Part shown: positions 20,253 through 31,045 of the stretch, piece after piece | How the letters are laid out: every line of letters starts with the position of its first letter | How positions within the stretch are numbered: position 1 is the first letter of the stretch | Position numbers and translations under genes: made by a program | Notes under the pieces: generated by a model | Told to the model about the DNA's origin: nothing | What the model saw: only the letters and a program-made list of their open reading frames with translations | The model's database searches: none | NCBI GenBank assembly: GCA_964637135.1 | Contig: CAZWTX010000009.1 | Span: 1 to 64,000, forward strand | Source of the DNA: an uncultured Methanospirillum sp. | Lineage (GTDB): Archaea; Halobacteriota; Methanomicrobia; Methanomicrobiales; Methanospirillaceae | Reading direction: 5' to 3' | Length of the DNA stretch: 64,000 bases

Positions 20253-20746
20253 GGTACCTCTTTGACTCCGATATAATACCCGATAATATTCACTACCCGA
20301 TGCAGAACCGGGGTGAGCACGAGAATGACGATCACAACCGGGACCGTCAGGTATGCAAAGACAAACCCGGGATCCCCGATAACGAGGAGGCCGAGTGCAC
20401 CCACCAGGAAATCATACTGATCGATGAGGGGCCATTTGCCTCCGCGTTCAAGGCCATATCTCCGCTTGAAGAAACTCTTCACCATATCCCCAAGCAGGGC
20501 ACCTGCCGGAAGGAGGGAGATAGTCAGCAACGTATGCGCCGGAAGGGAGGGGAAGAACCCCGCCTGCTGGGCAAGTACCTGGAGGAGACCGAGACAAAAC
20601 CCGGAGAGAATACCCCCGATAAACCCCCGCCAGGTCTTTCCATCCCCAAGGATCCTTCTGCCGTCATTCCAAAACCGGCCCCCGTCCATCGGCCGGCCGC
20701 CTCCAAACACTGCCGCGGCAGAGTTCGGAAGGTAGGCGGGGAGCAT
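20246..20746 (-). CDS. carS: CDP-archaeol synthase (true start may be ATA at 20791)
   Basis: PAYLPNSAA...GGGRPMDGG, GDGKTWRG, GDMVKSFFKRR, DQYDF, GVKEVPW. Confidence 0.92.
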   Translation of the reverse strand: MLPAYLPNSAAAVFGGGRPMDGGRFWNDGRRILGDGKTWRGFIGGILSGFCLGLLQVLAQQAGFFPSLPAHTLLTISLLPAGALLGDMVKSFFKRRYGLERGGKWPLIDQYDFLVGALGLLVIGDPGFVFAYLTVPVVIVILVLTPVLHRVVNIIGYYIGVKEVPW

Positions 20747-20882
20747 GATCCAGACAGCAGCGGCGATTATTCCCAGGATATCGAAGATTATAGATGCTCA
20801 CTCCTGCATACATATAAGGGTTCAATCTGCATAAATAACAGTAATACGACGTTGCAGCGCTGTTTGATCAACCGCCAGCGGG

Positions 20883-22358
20883 GTGCCAAAGATGATCCTT
20901 CTAAAGAGAACCAAAAGTCTCTGCCCGGAATGCAAACGCATTCTGGATGCCGAGATCTATGAAACCGACGGGAAGGTGTACATCACCAGAACCTGTCCTG
21001 ATCATGGTTCATTCTCATACCTGTACTGGGATGATGCTGAACTCTGGAAAAAGTTTGATAAATATGACAAAAAGGGAACCGGGGTATCAAATCCCCAGGT
21101 ACATACCGATGCGAATACCTGCCCGACAAATTGTGGGATCTGCAACAATCACCGCTCAACAACCCTGCTCGCCAATATCGACCTGACCAACCGGTGTAAC
21201 CTGAATTGTGAATTCTGCTTTGCAAACGCCCGGGCATGCGGATATATCTATGAACCATCCTTTGAACAGATTGAAGGTATGCTTCGTCTTCTGCGCTCAG
21301 AACAGCCGACTCCGACACCGGCAGTCCAGTTTGCCGGGGGGGAGCCAACCCTGCGTGAGGATCTCTTCGACCTGATCCGGCTGGCAAAACAGATGGGATT
21401 CCTGCAGGTCCAGCTTGCCACCAACGGCCTTATTCTTGCTAAGGATCCGGAATTTGCATTGAAACTTAAGGAAGCAGGATTATCCACCGTATATCTCCAT
21501 TTCGACGGCGTATCAAAGGACACCAACACCAAACTGCACATCGATAAGAAAGCAGTGGAAAACTGCAGGGCAGCCCGCCTGGGTGTTGTTCTCGTCCCCA
21601 CCATCATCAATACACAAAATGACCATGAAATAGGCGGTATCATCTCCTATGCTGCTGAAAACATTGATACCATCCGCGGGGTCAATTTCCAGCCGGTCTC
21701 CTTTACCGGTGCCGCAAAACAGGACGCAATCGAACGCGAACGGATAACCATCCCAGAACTGCTCAGCAAGATCGAAGCACAGACCGGTGGTGCAGTCAGA
21801 AAAGATGACTTTTACCCGGTACCGTGCGTCGTTCCGGTAAGTGATTTCATTGAGGCATACACGGGCAAACCCCAGATCCGGTTCACTGCACACCAGCATT
21901 GCGGGGCAGCCACATACGGGTTTGTGAGTAACGGTGAGATCACGCCCATCAACCGCATGGTTGACGTTGATGCCTTCTTTGAATCCATCGAAAAACTGAC
22001 CGAAAAACTCGATTCGGCAGGATCACTCTCGAAGAAGATGATCGCGATCAACGGGATCAAGGAACTGTATTCCTCGATGAAGAAGTCTGAGGGGGTGACA
22101 AACATCGATGTCTGGAAGGTTCTCGGAAAGGCATTGATCTCCCATAACTTCGACACCCTCAGGGAGTTTCACTGGAATGCCCTCTTTATCGGGACCATGC
22201 ATTTCATGGACAACTTCAACTATGACACCGACCGGGTATCCCGGTGCTGTATCCATTATGCAACTCCTGACAGCACGCTTATTCCCTTCTGTACCTATAA
22301 CAGCGGGCCGGTCTACCGTGAACAGGTCTGGAAGAAATACTCTAAACCCCTTGAGTAA
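20883..22358 (+). CDS. tes: Tetraether lipid synthase (radical SAM, MJ0619-like)
   Basis: N-terminal SLCPEC...CPDHG, CPTNCGICNNH, CNLNCEFC radical SAM motif, C-terminal RCCIHYATPD...PFCTYN. Confidence 0.88.
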   Translation: MPKMILLKRTKSLCPECKRILDAEIYETDGKVYITRTCPDHGSFSYLYWDDAELWKKFDKYDKKGTGVSNPQVHTDANTCPTNCGICNNHRSTTLLANIDLTNRCNLNCEFCFANARACGYIYEPSFEQIEGMLRLLRSEQPTPTPAVQFAGGEPTLREDLFDLIRLAKQMGFLQVQLATNGLILAKDPEFALKLKEAGLSTVYLHFDGVSKDTNTKLHIDKKAVENCRAARLGVVLVPTIINTQNDHEIGGIISYAAENIDTIRGVNFQPVSFTGAAKQDAIERERITIPELLSKIEAQTGGAVRKDDFYPVPCVVPVSDFIEAYTGKPQIRFTAHQHCGAATYGFVSNGEITPINRMVDVDAFFESIEKLTEKLDSAGSLSKKMIAINGIKELYSSMKKSEGVTNIDVWKVLGKALISHNFDTLREFHWNALFIGTMHFMDNFNYDTDRVSRCCIHYATPDSTLIPFCTYNSGPVYREQVWKKYSKPLE

Positions 22359-22378
22359 CCACTTTTTCTCCTGATTCC

Positions 22379-23173
22379 ATGATCACCATTATCCCAAAAC
22401 CCACGGATATTCCATCAGATAACTCCACCCGCCAGGTAATGGACGAGCTGGATGCACTCGGCGAGCCGTACCGGATACGATACCTTGAGGGAATCGATCC
22501 GTTCTCGGCAGATGTCGAGGATGAGACGATCTGGGTCTGCGGTATCAGGCAGAACGGCCAGAATTTTGAGACATTACAGGCATTGTCCCTGCGGAACCGG
22601 ATTATCAACTCGCCAGAGGGCATCGTGACCTGTGCCAGCAAGGTGATGACATCTGCCCTCCTCTACGAGCATGATATTCCAACGCCCAGGACCTTCTTTA
22701 CGGAATCGCGGATCCAGGCCGATGCATTCATAAAAAAACAGGGGAAAGCGGTTTACAAACCGGTTTATGGATTTGACGGGGTGGGCATCACCCTCGCCAC
22801 CGGTGCCGGTGAACTTGACGGCCCGCCATTCTATCTCCAGGAATATATCCCGAATGACCGTGATTTCCGTGTCTTCGTCATCGACGGAAAAGCGGTCGGA
22901 GCAATCATGCGGGTCTCAGACAGCCTGACCCACAACATTCACCAGGGAGGATGCGGAACTCCCGTGGAGATTGACGACGAAATGGCTGAGATAACCGGGA
23001 TGGCTACCGAATGCGTGGGTGTCGACTACGGCGGAGTCGATCTGCTCAGGTCTGATGACGGATACGTCGTCCTTGAGGTGAACGGCACACCAAACTGGCA
23101 CTGCATGAAGGCACCCATTCCCCGCCTTCTCGCTGAATACCTGGTAGAGCAGGAACGGTTATTCCGCGCTTAA
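22379..23173 (+). CDS. RimK-family ATP-grasp glutamate ligase (MptN-like)
   Basis: KPVYGFDG, LQEYI, DFRVFV, HNIHQGG, GVDL, EVNGTP. Confidence 0.85.
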   Translation: MITIIPKPTDIPSDNSTRQVMDELDALGEPYRIRYLEGIDPFSADVEDETIWVCGIRQNGQNFETLQALSLRNRIINSPEGIVTCASKVMTSALLYEHDIPTPRTFFTESRIQADAFIKKQGKAVYKPVYGFDGVGITLATGAGELDGPPFYLQEYIPNDRDFRVFVIDGKAVGAIMRVSDSLTHNIHQGGCGTPVEIDDEMAEITGMATECVGVDYGGVDLLRSDDGYVVLEVNGTPNWHCMKAPIPRLLAEYLVEQERLFRA

Positions 23174-23183
23174 AAAAGGGTGG

Positions 23184-23468
23184 CTATGAGCCACATTCGA
23201 TCTCTTTTAATGTCTTCTCTGCAAGTTCATGCATCCTTGCTGACATCCGGTCAGCTGCAGGACTCTCGACATCCTTCATGGCCTTTGCAATAGCATTCCC
23301 AAGAACAAATATTGCGTATTTATGCTCCATCTTGCTTCGGTGAACCTGTGAAGGAGTTATCCTGAGTGCATCGTATTCAGCAAAGTCCACGTCAGGATTA
23401 AACTGCTGAAGATGTTCCTTCACTTCAATAAGCATCTGATGGAGTGAAATGAGCTCCTCCTTATGCAC
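23184..23468 (-). CDS. UPF0058 family protein
   Basis: MHKEELISLHQ...SQVHRSKMEHKYAIF; GGAGTGA SD upstream of GTG. Confidence 0.85.
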   Translation of the reverse strand: MHKEELISLHQMLIEVKEHLQQFNPDVDFAEYDALRITPSQVHRSKMEHKYAIFVLGNAIAKAMKDVESPAADRMSARMHELAEKTLKEIECGS

Positions 23469-23525
23469 GCTATCACTCCCATATAGTAGATCACCCTGAA
23501 AAATGATAAAGGGTGGTCAGGGTGG

Positions 23526-24842
23526 TTACCGGAAAGCAATCAGCCGGACCTGGGCAGGTCTCCGGACGATTCCGGAAAAAGCCGGGGCTGCAAGGTACTG
23601 AATCCCAAGGAGGGAGAGCTGATCCAGGAGCTGCTGGTTGACCTCGTGATCGATGATAACCCCTTCAAGTTCTCCATCTGACTCGAATGCCCCGTCTTCG
23701 AGATCGGTATAGGGAAGTTCTCCCGCAACTTCACCCCCTTTCATGATAAGGCGAGCTTTTCCCCGGTTTTTTATTTCATTGATATGGAAAAAGACCGATC
23801 GCTGTTCATACGTCCCGGCTGTCAATTCGTCAGGATCCAAAACCGGCTGCTCAGAGGGTTCATCAGGGAGATCCTGAACGGGGGGATCCTCAGGGACCGC
23901 ATTTGGCTCATGATGCTCACCGGTAGTACGGGACGAGGGATCCTCAACGACGGCCGGTTCGGGAAAGCCGGGATCTGCCATGACGTTCTGTGATACTTCA
24001 AGCGTCTGGAGGTAATCGGCCACCCGTCCATCCATCACGTAATCAATCGGGACTTTGTTCCTGAGTGCCTTGATGATCTCCTTTCTCGAGAGATCCTCGA
24101 CAGACTCACCCCGGGGAGGATAGGCAACAAAATCAATATCAGTAACCTCGAGCAACTCGCGAAGAATGAGATCACCTCCCCGGTCCCCGTCGAGGAAGGC
24201 AGTCGCAGTCTTTTTCCGGCACATCTGGATGATCGTCTCAGGAACACTCGTCCCTTCGACGGCAACCGCGTTCTTGATACCTGCCTTGAGCAGGTTGATG
24301 ACATCAGCCCGGCCTTCAACCACGATTATTGCATCAGAGGTGAGGACATTCGGCCCGGCAGGTACGTTATCCTGGCCGATTGTCTCGATTTTCTCCATCC
24401 GCTGGCTTTCGCGGACGGCATCGATCAGGGATTCCGGATCGATTCCCGGTTCCTCGTATTCAAGGAGCAGTGCCTTAGCCCGTTCGATGATCTGACTCCG
24501 CTTGGTAATCCGGATATCCTCTATGGCTTCAACGCTGATTTCCGCGGCACAGGGACCGATGCGGGTGACCGTCTCCATTGAAGCGGCAAGTATAGCGGTT
24601 TCCGCCCGGTCAAGGGATGTTGCCACGGTGATATCCCCTGACGACCGGCCCAGGCGGCTCTGGACCTTGACATCAATCCGGCCGAGTTTGCCCTGCCGCT
24701 GCAGTTCACGCAGTTCCAGCTCTGAACCGAGGAGGCCTTCAACCTGGCCGAAGATCGCCCCGACTACATCAGATCGCTCGACGACTCCTTCTGCCTGAAC
24801 GGTGAGATGTATCCGGTATTTTGTCGTTTCCTGCTCATACAA
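23526..24842 (-). CDS. dnaG: Archaeal DnaG (TOPRIM, exosome-associated)
   Basis: [32 protein letters not shown]. Confidence 0.95.
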   Translation of the reverse strand: MYEQETTKYRIHLTVQAEGVVERSDVVGAIFGQVEGLLGSELELRELQRQGKLGRIDVKVQSRLGRSSGDITVATSLDRAETAILAASMETVTRIGPCAAEISVEAIEDIRITKRSQIIERAKALLLEYEEPGIDPESLIDAVRESQRMEKIETIGQDNVPAGPNVLTSDAIIVVEGRADVINLLKAGIKNAVAVEGTSVPETIIQMCRKKTATAFLDGDRGGDLILRELLEVTDIDFVAYPPRGESVEDLSRKEIIKALRNKVPIDYVMDGRVADYLQTLEVSQNVMADPGFPEPAVVEDPSSRTTGEHHEPNAVPEDPPVQDLPDEPSEQPVLDPDELTAGTYEQRSVFFHINEIKNRGKARLIMKGGEVAGELPYTDLEDGAFESDGELEGVIIDHEVNQQLLDQLSLLGIQYLAAPAFSGIVRRPAQVRLIAFR

Positions 24843-24945
24843 TCCCGAGCCCTCCGGTGAATGAAGAATGAATCATCATACTGTTCTGTTTCATCTACGA
24901 GAAACTACTTAAAACTGCGGTTTATGACCGGAAAAGGAACTCATC

Positions 24946-25278
24946 TTACAGAAGGGAGATGATCTGCCCGGCGGTGACGCCCTGTATCAGTACCCGTTTC
25001 AGGTGGGAGGTATGGCCGCTGATCACACTGACCGCCTGCCGGGAAACACCGAGACGTTCCGCAATAAGGGCACATACCGCTTTGTTTGCTTTCCCGTCCA
25101 TGGCCGGTGCTTTCACTGAAATACCAACCGACTGTCGCCAGGGATTGTATCCTGCAGGAAACTGTTCCTGCCTGCTTCCCGGAGAGACCTCTATGGAAAG
25201 AATAACACCGTCTGCAGTCTCGGTAACTGCAACTGAAAAATCAACATCCGATTTTGAATTGTCGCCCGGCATTAACAA
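24946..25278 (-). CDS. DUF167 (YggU) family protein
   Basis: VKAPAMDGKANKA...GHTSHLKRV. Confidence 0.88.
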   Translation of the reverse strand: MLMPGDNSKSDVDFSVAVTETADGVILSIEVSPGSRQEQFPAGYNPWRQSVGISVKAPAMDGKANKAVCALIAERLGVSRQAVSVISGHTSHLKRVLIQGVTAGQIISLL

Positions 25279-25437
25279 ATCTGGATCACAAGTGGCTTTT
25301 GCCGTTCTTCACCGATTAAACGCCCTCTGCCAGGCGGTGCCATTGGATTGTACCATTTCCGGGTTGTCCCGAAGTTCATATCATGCTTCTGCATCAGATC
25401 ACCCGGGGACCTAAGGAAATGAGGAGAAGGCACGGAA

Positions 25438-26709
25438 TCATATCTCTCCTGGAGTGAGATAACCCCTTCCCCGGATCCAGTCTCCCCGGCATTCAGCAAA
25501 TTCATGGTCTCCATAGACAACCCGGCCGCCCAGAATCACGTACCGGGGAAATACCGCATCATGTCCCTCGAACGGGGTCCAGCCAGCCTTGCTGTGGAGA
25601 GAGTCCACCTCGACACGGGAAATTTCCCGGGGATACACAGCAAAATCGGGGCGGTCTGTCGGCTCAAACCCTGCCGGTGGGATGGAGAGGATCTGTGACG
25701 GGGTTGTTACTGTTTTTGCAATAATACCAGGGAGATCTATGCTTCCCGTGATCATTGCGGCCATCAGGAGGGGGATCATCGTCTCCGTTCCCGGCAGTCC
25801 GGATGATGCATCAGGAAAATCAGCATCTTTCTCCGTTCTCGTGTGGGGCGCATGATCAGATGCGATAACATCAATCAGATCCCAGCAGGCGGCCAGCTTT
25901 CTTCGTTCCTCTTCTGAGCGGAGCGGGGGATTGACCCGGCCATGGGTATCGCCGGGATCAAACCGGTCACGGGAGAGAAAGAGGTGATGGGGGGTCACCT
26001 CCCGGGTCGCCCCGGTAACCGCCCGGAGGGCACGTGCCGATGAAAGATGACAGAAATGAAGCCTGCATCCGGCGGTATTCAGGTTCTGGACAGTTCGTAC
26101 CGCCTTCTCTTCATTCTGCGGCGAACGGAGCAGGTCGTGGGTGACCAGGTTCTCATCCTCACCGTCATCGACGATCTCGGCATGGATGGTAAGCAGTGCA
26201 CCAAGCGATTGTGCCTTCTCCATGGCATGTTCAAGGACCGGGAGAGAAACGGCCTCGCCGTAACTTGACGGACCGGCAAAGGTTTCACCAAACGCCATGG
26301 CTCCTTCCTTCCAGCAGCCGGTGAGATCGGATCCGGCTGTTACCCCGGCATTGATTCCGAATCTGCAACATGCACGCTCTTTTGCGATGGCCACCCGTTC
26401 CCGGATCCGGTCAGGGGTGAGCAGCGGGGGACTGGTATTGGGCTGGTCGACCACCATGGTGACGCCGCCGGCCAGGGCACTCATCGTCCCGGTCTTCCAG
26501 TCTTCCTTTGCTGCCTGGGGACCGTCACGCATGTGGACATGCATATCGACCCCCGCAGGGATGACAATCATATCCCTGCAGGAGATGACCTGGTCAGATC
26601 TTCCCGACGAACCGACATGGATAACCCGTTCATCCCGAAGCGTGACATCTGCCACCCGTCCACCAGGTAAAAGCACGTCCCGCAAGACCAGCGTCCCGTA
26701 CCCGTCCAT
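25438..26709 (-). CDS. pyrC: Dihydroorotase
   Basis: DMHVHMR, GGVTMVVDQPNT, EVTPHHL, NPPLR, ASDHAPH. Confidence 0.9.
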   Translation of the reverse strand: MDGYGTLVLRDVLLPGGRVADVTLRDERVIHVGSSGRSDQVISCRDMIVIPAGVDMHVHMRDGPQAAKEDWKTGTMSALAGGVTMVVDQPNTSPPLLTPDRIRERVAIAKERACCRFGINAGVTAGSDLTGCWKEGAMAFGETFAGPSSYGEAVSLPVLEHAMEKAQSLGALLTIHAEIVDDGEDENLVTHDLLRSPQNEEKAVRTVQNLNTAGCRLHFCHLSSARALRAVTGATREVTPHHLFLSRDRFDPGDTHGRVNPPLRSEEERRKLAACWDLIDVIASDHAPHTRTEKDADFPDASSGLPGTETMIPLLMAAMITGSIDLPGIIAKTVTTPSQILSIPPAGFEPTDRPDFAVYPREISRVEVDSLHSKAGWTPFEGHDAVFPRYVILGGRVVYGDHEFAECRGDWIRGRGYLTPGEI

Positions 26710-26742
26710 GCTCAGGTATCTGAAACCTCATTCAGATAAGAT

Positions 26743-27630
26743 CTATGGCCCGGTTTTCCGGCTCCATCTCCGGTACATGACATATAGGATCGCCACGAGG
26801 ATGATCAACGGCAGCAGGGTCAGGATGGTTATTACCATCCATACGAGTGTCTCCACAAGCCCCTGGAATCCGGATGAAAGCACCCCGGCTGCCGAGTGAC
26901 CGGTTGGTCCTTCCAGTTGTTCAGGCTCTGACAGCCGGATCGTTATCGTCGAGTAATCCACTCGTGAATCAAGGTACTTCATCCGGCCGGTGACCCGATC
27001 CAGTTCCACCTGGACCCGGTCAATCTCTTTTTGGATCTCCAGGATCTCAGATACATTCACGGCCTTTTCAAAAAGTCTCGTATTGTGGGCAATTTGATTG
27101 GAATATGCATTCTTTCGTGCTGAAAGATCGATATACTCCTCGGTCACATCTTCGGCAGAGATATCCTCGCGAATCACCATCCCAAGATCCCTGATACCGG
27201 TGAGTACCGTGGTAAACTGCGTACCCGGAACCCTGACCGTTATGACCCCGGAATACCGGCTGTTTTTTCCGGCCTGAACGGATGACTGCTGGATCCTCCC
27301 GTCATGCAGGGAGGATATGGCAGCGATCTCCTGAGCGGCATGCGAAACATTAACAACTTCGAGAGTGAGATCCGCACTCCTGATGATCTTCTGGTCATCG
27401 GACCCGATCTTAGATGATTCTTTTTCCACCATGCCGGTAGCACCCGGGAGAGAGAGCCCCCCGGCCTGCTCATCCTCGTACACCGGACGGGATACCGCAT
27501 TATCGACCCCGAAAGTATCCACCGCCGGTTCCGGAGCGGGAACACCGGACGGGTACGATCCTGATTCATCAAATCCGATACACCCTGCCAGCAGGGATCC
27601 CAGGAAGATTAGGAGGAGAAGAGAACGCAT
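26743..27630 (-). CDS. DUF4349 lipoprotein
   Basis: Lipobox LAGC, EDVTEEYIDL, coiled coil, DYSTITI, C-terminal TM. Confidence 0.85.
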   Translation of the reverse strand: MRSLLLLIFLGSLLAGCIGFDESGSYPSGVPAPEPAVDTFGVDNAVSRPVYEDEQAGGLSLPGATGMVEKESSKIGSDDQKIIRSADLTLEVVNVSHAAQEIAAISSLHDGRIQQSSVQAGKNSRYSGVITVRVPGTQFTTVLTGIRDLGMVIREDISAEDVTEEYIDLSARKNAYSNQIAHNTRLFEKAVNVSEILEIQKEIDRVQVELDRVTGRMKYLDSRVDYSTITIRLSEPEQLEGPTGHSAAGVLSSGFQGLVETLVWMVITILTLLPLIILVAILYVMYRRWSRKTGP

Positions 27631-27739
27631 GGAAGGTATTCAGATTCCCGGGAGAAAAAAGAAACCATGGGTTCAGTACTTTCTGAACCTATCAGGATCT
27701 CCGATGAACCCGTGCCACCATGATACCACTCGGGAAGCA

Positions 27740-28183
27740 TCATCGGATGACTACGGTAGTTACCGGGGCATGGGTAACGATATACGTGCTGACACTCCCC
27801 AGAAGAAGACGGGTGCCAAGGCCTTTACCGGTAGAACCGACAGCAATCAGATCGGCACCGATCTCCCCGGCACAATTCAGGATCTCACTCCTGGGATCGC
27901 CCACCCGCACATGCATTTCGACCGGGATTCCACGGTCCTGGGATAGTTTTTTTATCCGTTCAATGGCCTGTTCTTTCTCATCGGCGATGATACGCTCCCG
28001 CATCTCATGAATTGTCTGGATTCCCTCGTATCCCGCCGCACCTTCGATCATGGCATATTTCGAGGGGGATATCACATATACGGCATGTACTGACTGCTCG
28101 GGTTGCATCTCCTCGAGAACCCAGAGAAGAGCACGCTCGGCCTCAGGTGAGCCGTCCACTGCTACCAGGCTTTTCCTGCTCAT
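27740..28183 (-). CDS. Universal stress protein
   Basis: Start at MSRKSLVAVDGS; GDPRSEI, ADLIAVGSTG, LLGSVS. Confidence 0.9.
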   Translation of the reverse strand: MSRKSLVAVDGSPEAERALLWVLEEMQPEQSVHAVYVISPSKYAMIEGAAGYEGIQTIHEMRERIIADEKEQAIERIKKLSQDRGIPVEMHVRVGDPRSEILNCAGEIGADLIAVGSTGKGLGTRLLLGSVSTYIVTHAPVTTVVIR

Positions 28184-28316
28184 AGTACCCACGTCTTCTT
28201 GGTGTTTTGAAAACTTGAGAATACCGGTATTGCCAATAGGTTCGTGTTCTCCGTCAGGATGGGAAGGCAGACCGGCACGGCCATTGATATACCAAGAACG
28301 CCTCATATGAGAATTC

Positions 28317-28931
28317 ATGGTGCTCGGGATCCTTGCAGCAGGAACAGATCTGGATCTGGTGACATGGGTCATCATCCCATTTTTTATCTTCTTTGCACGG
28401 ATTTGCGATGTTACGATCGGGACAATCAGGTACATCATGATCACCCGGGGGTTCAAGTATATCGCCCCGGTTTTCGGTTTTTTTGAAGTGATCATCTGGC
28501 TGCTCGCGATCGGACAGGTCATGGAAAACATCACGAATGTCTTCTGTTACCTCGCATACGGGGGAGGATATGCCATGGGCACCTTCTTTGGGATGGTGAT
28601 AGAAGAGCGGCTCAAGCTCGGAATGGCAATCATCCGGATCATCAGCGGCAGACCGGCTGAAAAACTCGTTGAACGCCTGCGGAATGACGGCTTCGGGGTT
28701 ACCAGCATCAGGGGAGAGGGAGGAACCGGGGTGGTTGCCGTCATCTTTATGGTGGTGAAACGCTCGAAGATACCACGAGTTATCGGGATCATCAGGGAGC
28801 ATAACCCGTCTGCGTTCTATACCATAGAGGATGTCAGGAATGTCTCGGAAGGCATCTTCCCGGGAGATGATGAAAATAACCCATTCCGGATGTTCAGACG
28901 CCCGTTTATCTTCATCGGGAAGAGAAAATAG
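28317..28931 (+). CDS. DUF2179/UPF0316 family membrane protein
   Basis: ARICDVTIGTIR, FFEVIIW, AYGGGYAMG, AFYTIEDVR. Confidence 0.85.
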   Translation: MVLGILAAGTDLDLVTWVIIPFFIFFARICDVTIGTIRYIMITRGFKYIAPVFGFFEVIIWLLAIGQVMENITNVFCYLAYGGGYAMGTFFGMVIEERLKLGMAIIRIISGRPAEKLVERLRNDGFGVTSIRGEGGTGVVAVIFMVVKRSKIPRVIGIIREHNPSAFYTIEDVRNVSEGIFPGDDENNPFRMFRRPFIFIGKRK

Positions 28932-28967
28932 GAGAAGGATTTTTTACTGAACCGGTAACACGTATGG

Positions 28968-29615
28968 ATGGATATTTCCCCGGTCGATCTCTTTCTCAAT
29001 ATCGATCAATCCCTTGCAACGCTGGCAGCAGAGATCGGACTGCTGATCTACGTCCTCCTCTTCTTCATCATCTTCTGTGAAACAGGCTTTGTCGTAACCC
29101 CGTTTCTCCCCGGTGATTCCCTCCTGTTTATATCTGGTGCGCTCGCAGGGACGGGCACGCTCAGCCTTCCCATTCTCCTCGTGGTGATATTCTCTGCAGC
29201 GGTTGCAGGAGATACCGTCAATTTCTGGATCGGGCGATATGCCGGTAACGCCCTGATGACCGGACGGTTTTCAGGACTTATCAGGAAGGAATGGATCGAT
29301 CATACACGACGGTTTTACGCACAGTGGGGAGGAATAACCATTATCATCGCCAGGTTTGTTCCGTATGTCCGGACCTTTGCCCCCTTTCTTGCCGGTGTCG
29401 GAGATATGCACTACGGGTGGTTTATCACCTACAATATCGTCGGAGCAGCCCTCTGGACCGGGATCCTGGTCCTCGGAGGATTTTTCATCGGGAACATCCC
29501 GGTTGTTCAGGAAAACATGACGTTCCTCATGTGGATCGTGCTCTTCCTCTGTCTTTTTGCGATAGGGATGATCATCAAGGCGCTGCTGCAGGGATTGTTG
29601 AACAAAGCCGGATAA
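28968..29615 (+). CDS. DedA/VTT family membrane protein
   Basis: ETGFVVTPFLPGDSLLF, ARFVPYVRTFAPF. Confidence 0.92.
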   Translation: MDISPVDLFLNIDQSLATLAAEIGLLIYVLLFFIIFCETGFVVTPFLPGDSLLFISGALAGTGTLSLPILLVVIFSAAVAGDTVNFWIGRYAGNALMTGRFSGLIRKEWIDHTRRFYAQWGGITIIIARFVPYVRTFAPFLAGVGDMHYGWFITYNIVGAALWTGILVLGGFFIGNIPVVQENMTFLMWIVLFLCLFAIGMIIKALLQGLLNKAG

Positions 29616-29698
29616 ATCATCACTCTTTTCCTTCAGGTTCCCTCCGTGAGGTCTGCCCGCTCGAATCTATTACTACCCTGCCGGAGAGACATTGATCT

Positions 29699-31045
29699 AT
29701 GGCAATACACCCGATAGAATTCCGGTATGGGACACCGGAGATGAAGGCAATATGGGGGGAGGAACACCGGTTCAGACGAATCGTGGATGCTGAAGTCGCC
29801 CTGGCCCGGGCAGAGGCGGCAGTCGGGATGATCCCGACAGATGACGCGGAGGCAATCGTCCGGAATGCAGGAAAGGCCAGCCTGGCGAGAGCGAAGGAGA
29901 TCGAAGACGAGATCCACCACGACATGATGGCGGTTGTCAGGGCGGTCTCCGAAGTCTGCGGACCGGAAGGCAGATGGATCCATTACGGGGCTACCTCAAA
30001 CGACATCCTCGATACCGCGACCGGCCTTCAGCTTGCCGATGCCGTGGTTCTGCTCAGGGACAAACTGGGGAAACTGCTTGCAGTCCTCCTCAAAAGGGCA
30101 GAGGAAACAAAATACCTCGTTTGTGTCGGACGGACTCATGGCCAGCACGGGGTGCCGACCACGTACGGACTCAGGTTTGCCATCTGGGCAGGCGAGATTG
30201 GAAGACACATCAACCGGCTTGAAGAACTTCGTCCCCGGGTCTGCGTAGGTCAACTGACCGGTGCGGTCGGAACACAGGCAGCACTCGGCGAAAACGGGAT
30301 CGCGATCCAGGAGAAGATGATGGAATTCCTCGGGCTTTCCCCGGTTATGGTCTCCAACCAGATCATCCAGAGGGACCGGTACGCTGAATACTTCTGTTTC
30401 CTTGCAAATATGGCAACTACACTGGATAAGATCGGAGTCGAGATCAGGTCTCTCCAGCGGACAGAGATCGGGGAAGTCGAAGAGGCATTTGGCGCAAAAC
30501 AGGTCGGATCGTCGACCATGCCCCATAAACGGAACCCGATCCGGAGCGAACAGGTCTGTGGTCTTGCCAGGATCGTGCGATCTGCCGTCGAACCGGCGTT
30601 CCAGAACAATACCCTCTGGGATGAGCGTGACCTCACCAATTCATCCCCGGAACGGATACTCTTCCCAGAGGCAAGTATCCTTGCCGATCACATCCTCAGG
30701 GTCATGACCACCGTCCTGGAAGGACTGGTTATCAGGGAAGACCGTATCAAGCAGAACCTGAACCTCCTCCATGGGATCAACATGGCAGAATCCGTGATGA
30801 TCGAACTTACAAAGCGGGGCATGGGCCGCCAGGATGCCCACGAGATCATACGACAGGGGAGCATGGATGCACTGGAGATGAACACCCCGCTCTCCGGGAT
30901 CCTCGCAGCCGTTCCCGCAGTGGCTGAATACCTGAAAAAAGAGGAGATTGAACGGTTGTTATCCCCACAGGAATATATCGGGACGGCACCGGTCCAGGTT
31001 GAGCGGGTGGTAAAGACATTGTCCCCGCTTACCCGGCCTCTTTAG
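29699..31045 (+). CDS. purB: Adenylosuccinate lyase
   Basis: HYGATSND, GRTHGQH, GSSTMPHKRNP. Confidence 0.96.
   Translation: MAIHPIEFRYGTPEMKAIWGEEHRFRRIVDAEVALARAEAAVGMIPTDDAEAIVRNAGKASLARAKEIEDEIHHDMMAVVRAVSEVCGPEGRWIHYGATSNDILDTATGLQLADAVVLLRDKLGKLLAVLLKRAEETKYLVCVGRTHGQHGVPTTYGLRFAIWAGEIGRHINRLEELRPRVCVGQLTGAVGTQAALGENGIAIQEKMMEFLGLSPVMVSNQIIQRDRYAEYFCFLANMATTLDKIGVEIRSLQRTEIGEVEEAFGAKQVGSSTMPHKRNPIRSEQVCGLARIVRSAVEPAFQNNTLWDERDLTNSSPERILFPEASILADHILRVMTTVLEGLVIREDRIKQNLNLLHGINMAESVMIELTKRGMGRQDAHEIIRQGSMDALEMNTPLSGILAAVPAVAEYLKKEEIERLLSPQEYIGTAPVQVERVVKTLSPLTRPL

Noticed and set aside
25279..25437. Intergenic stretch with small hairpins as a possible ncRNA
   Set aside because: Stems are only 4-6 bp and no tRNA, SRP, RNase P or clear C/D signature is visible
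28184..28534. N-terminal extension of the USP ORF
   Set aside because: It overlaps the divergent DUF2179 gene; the USP fold starts at 28183
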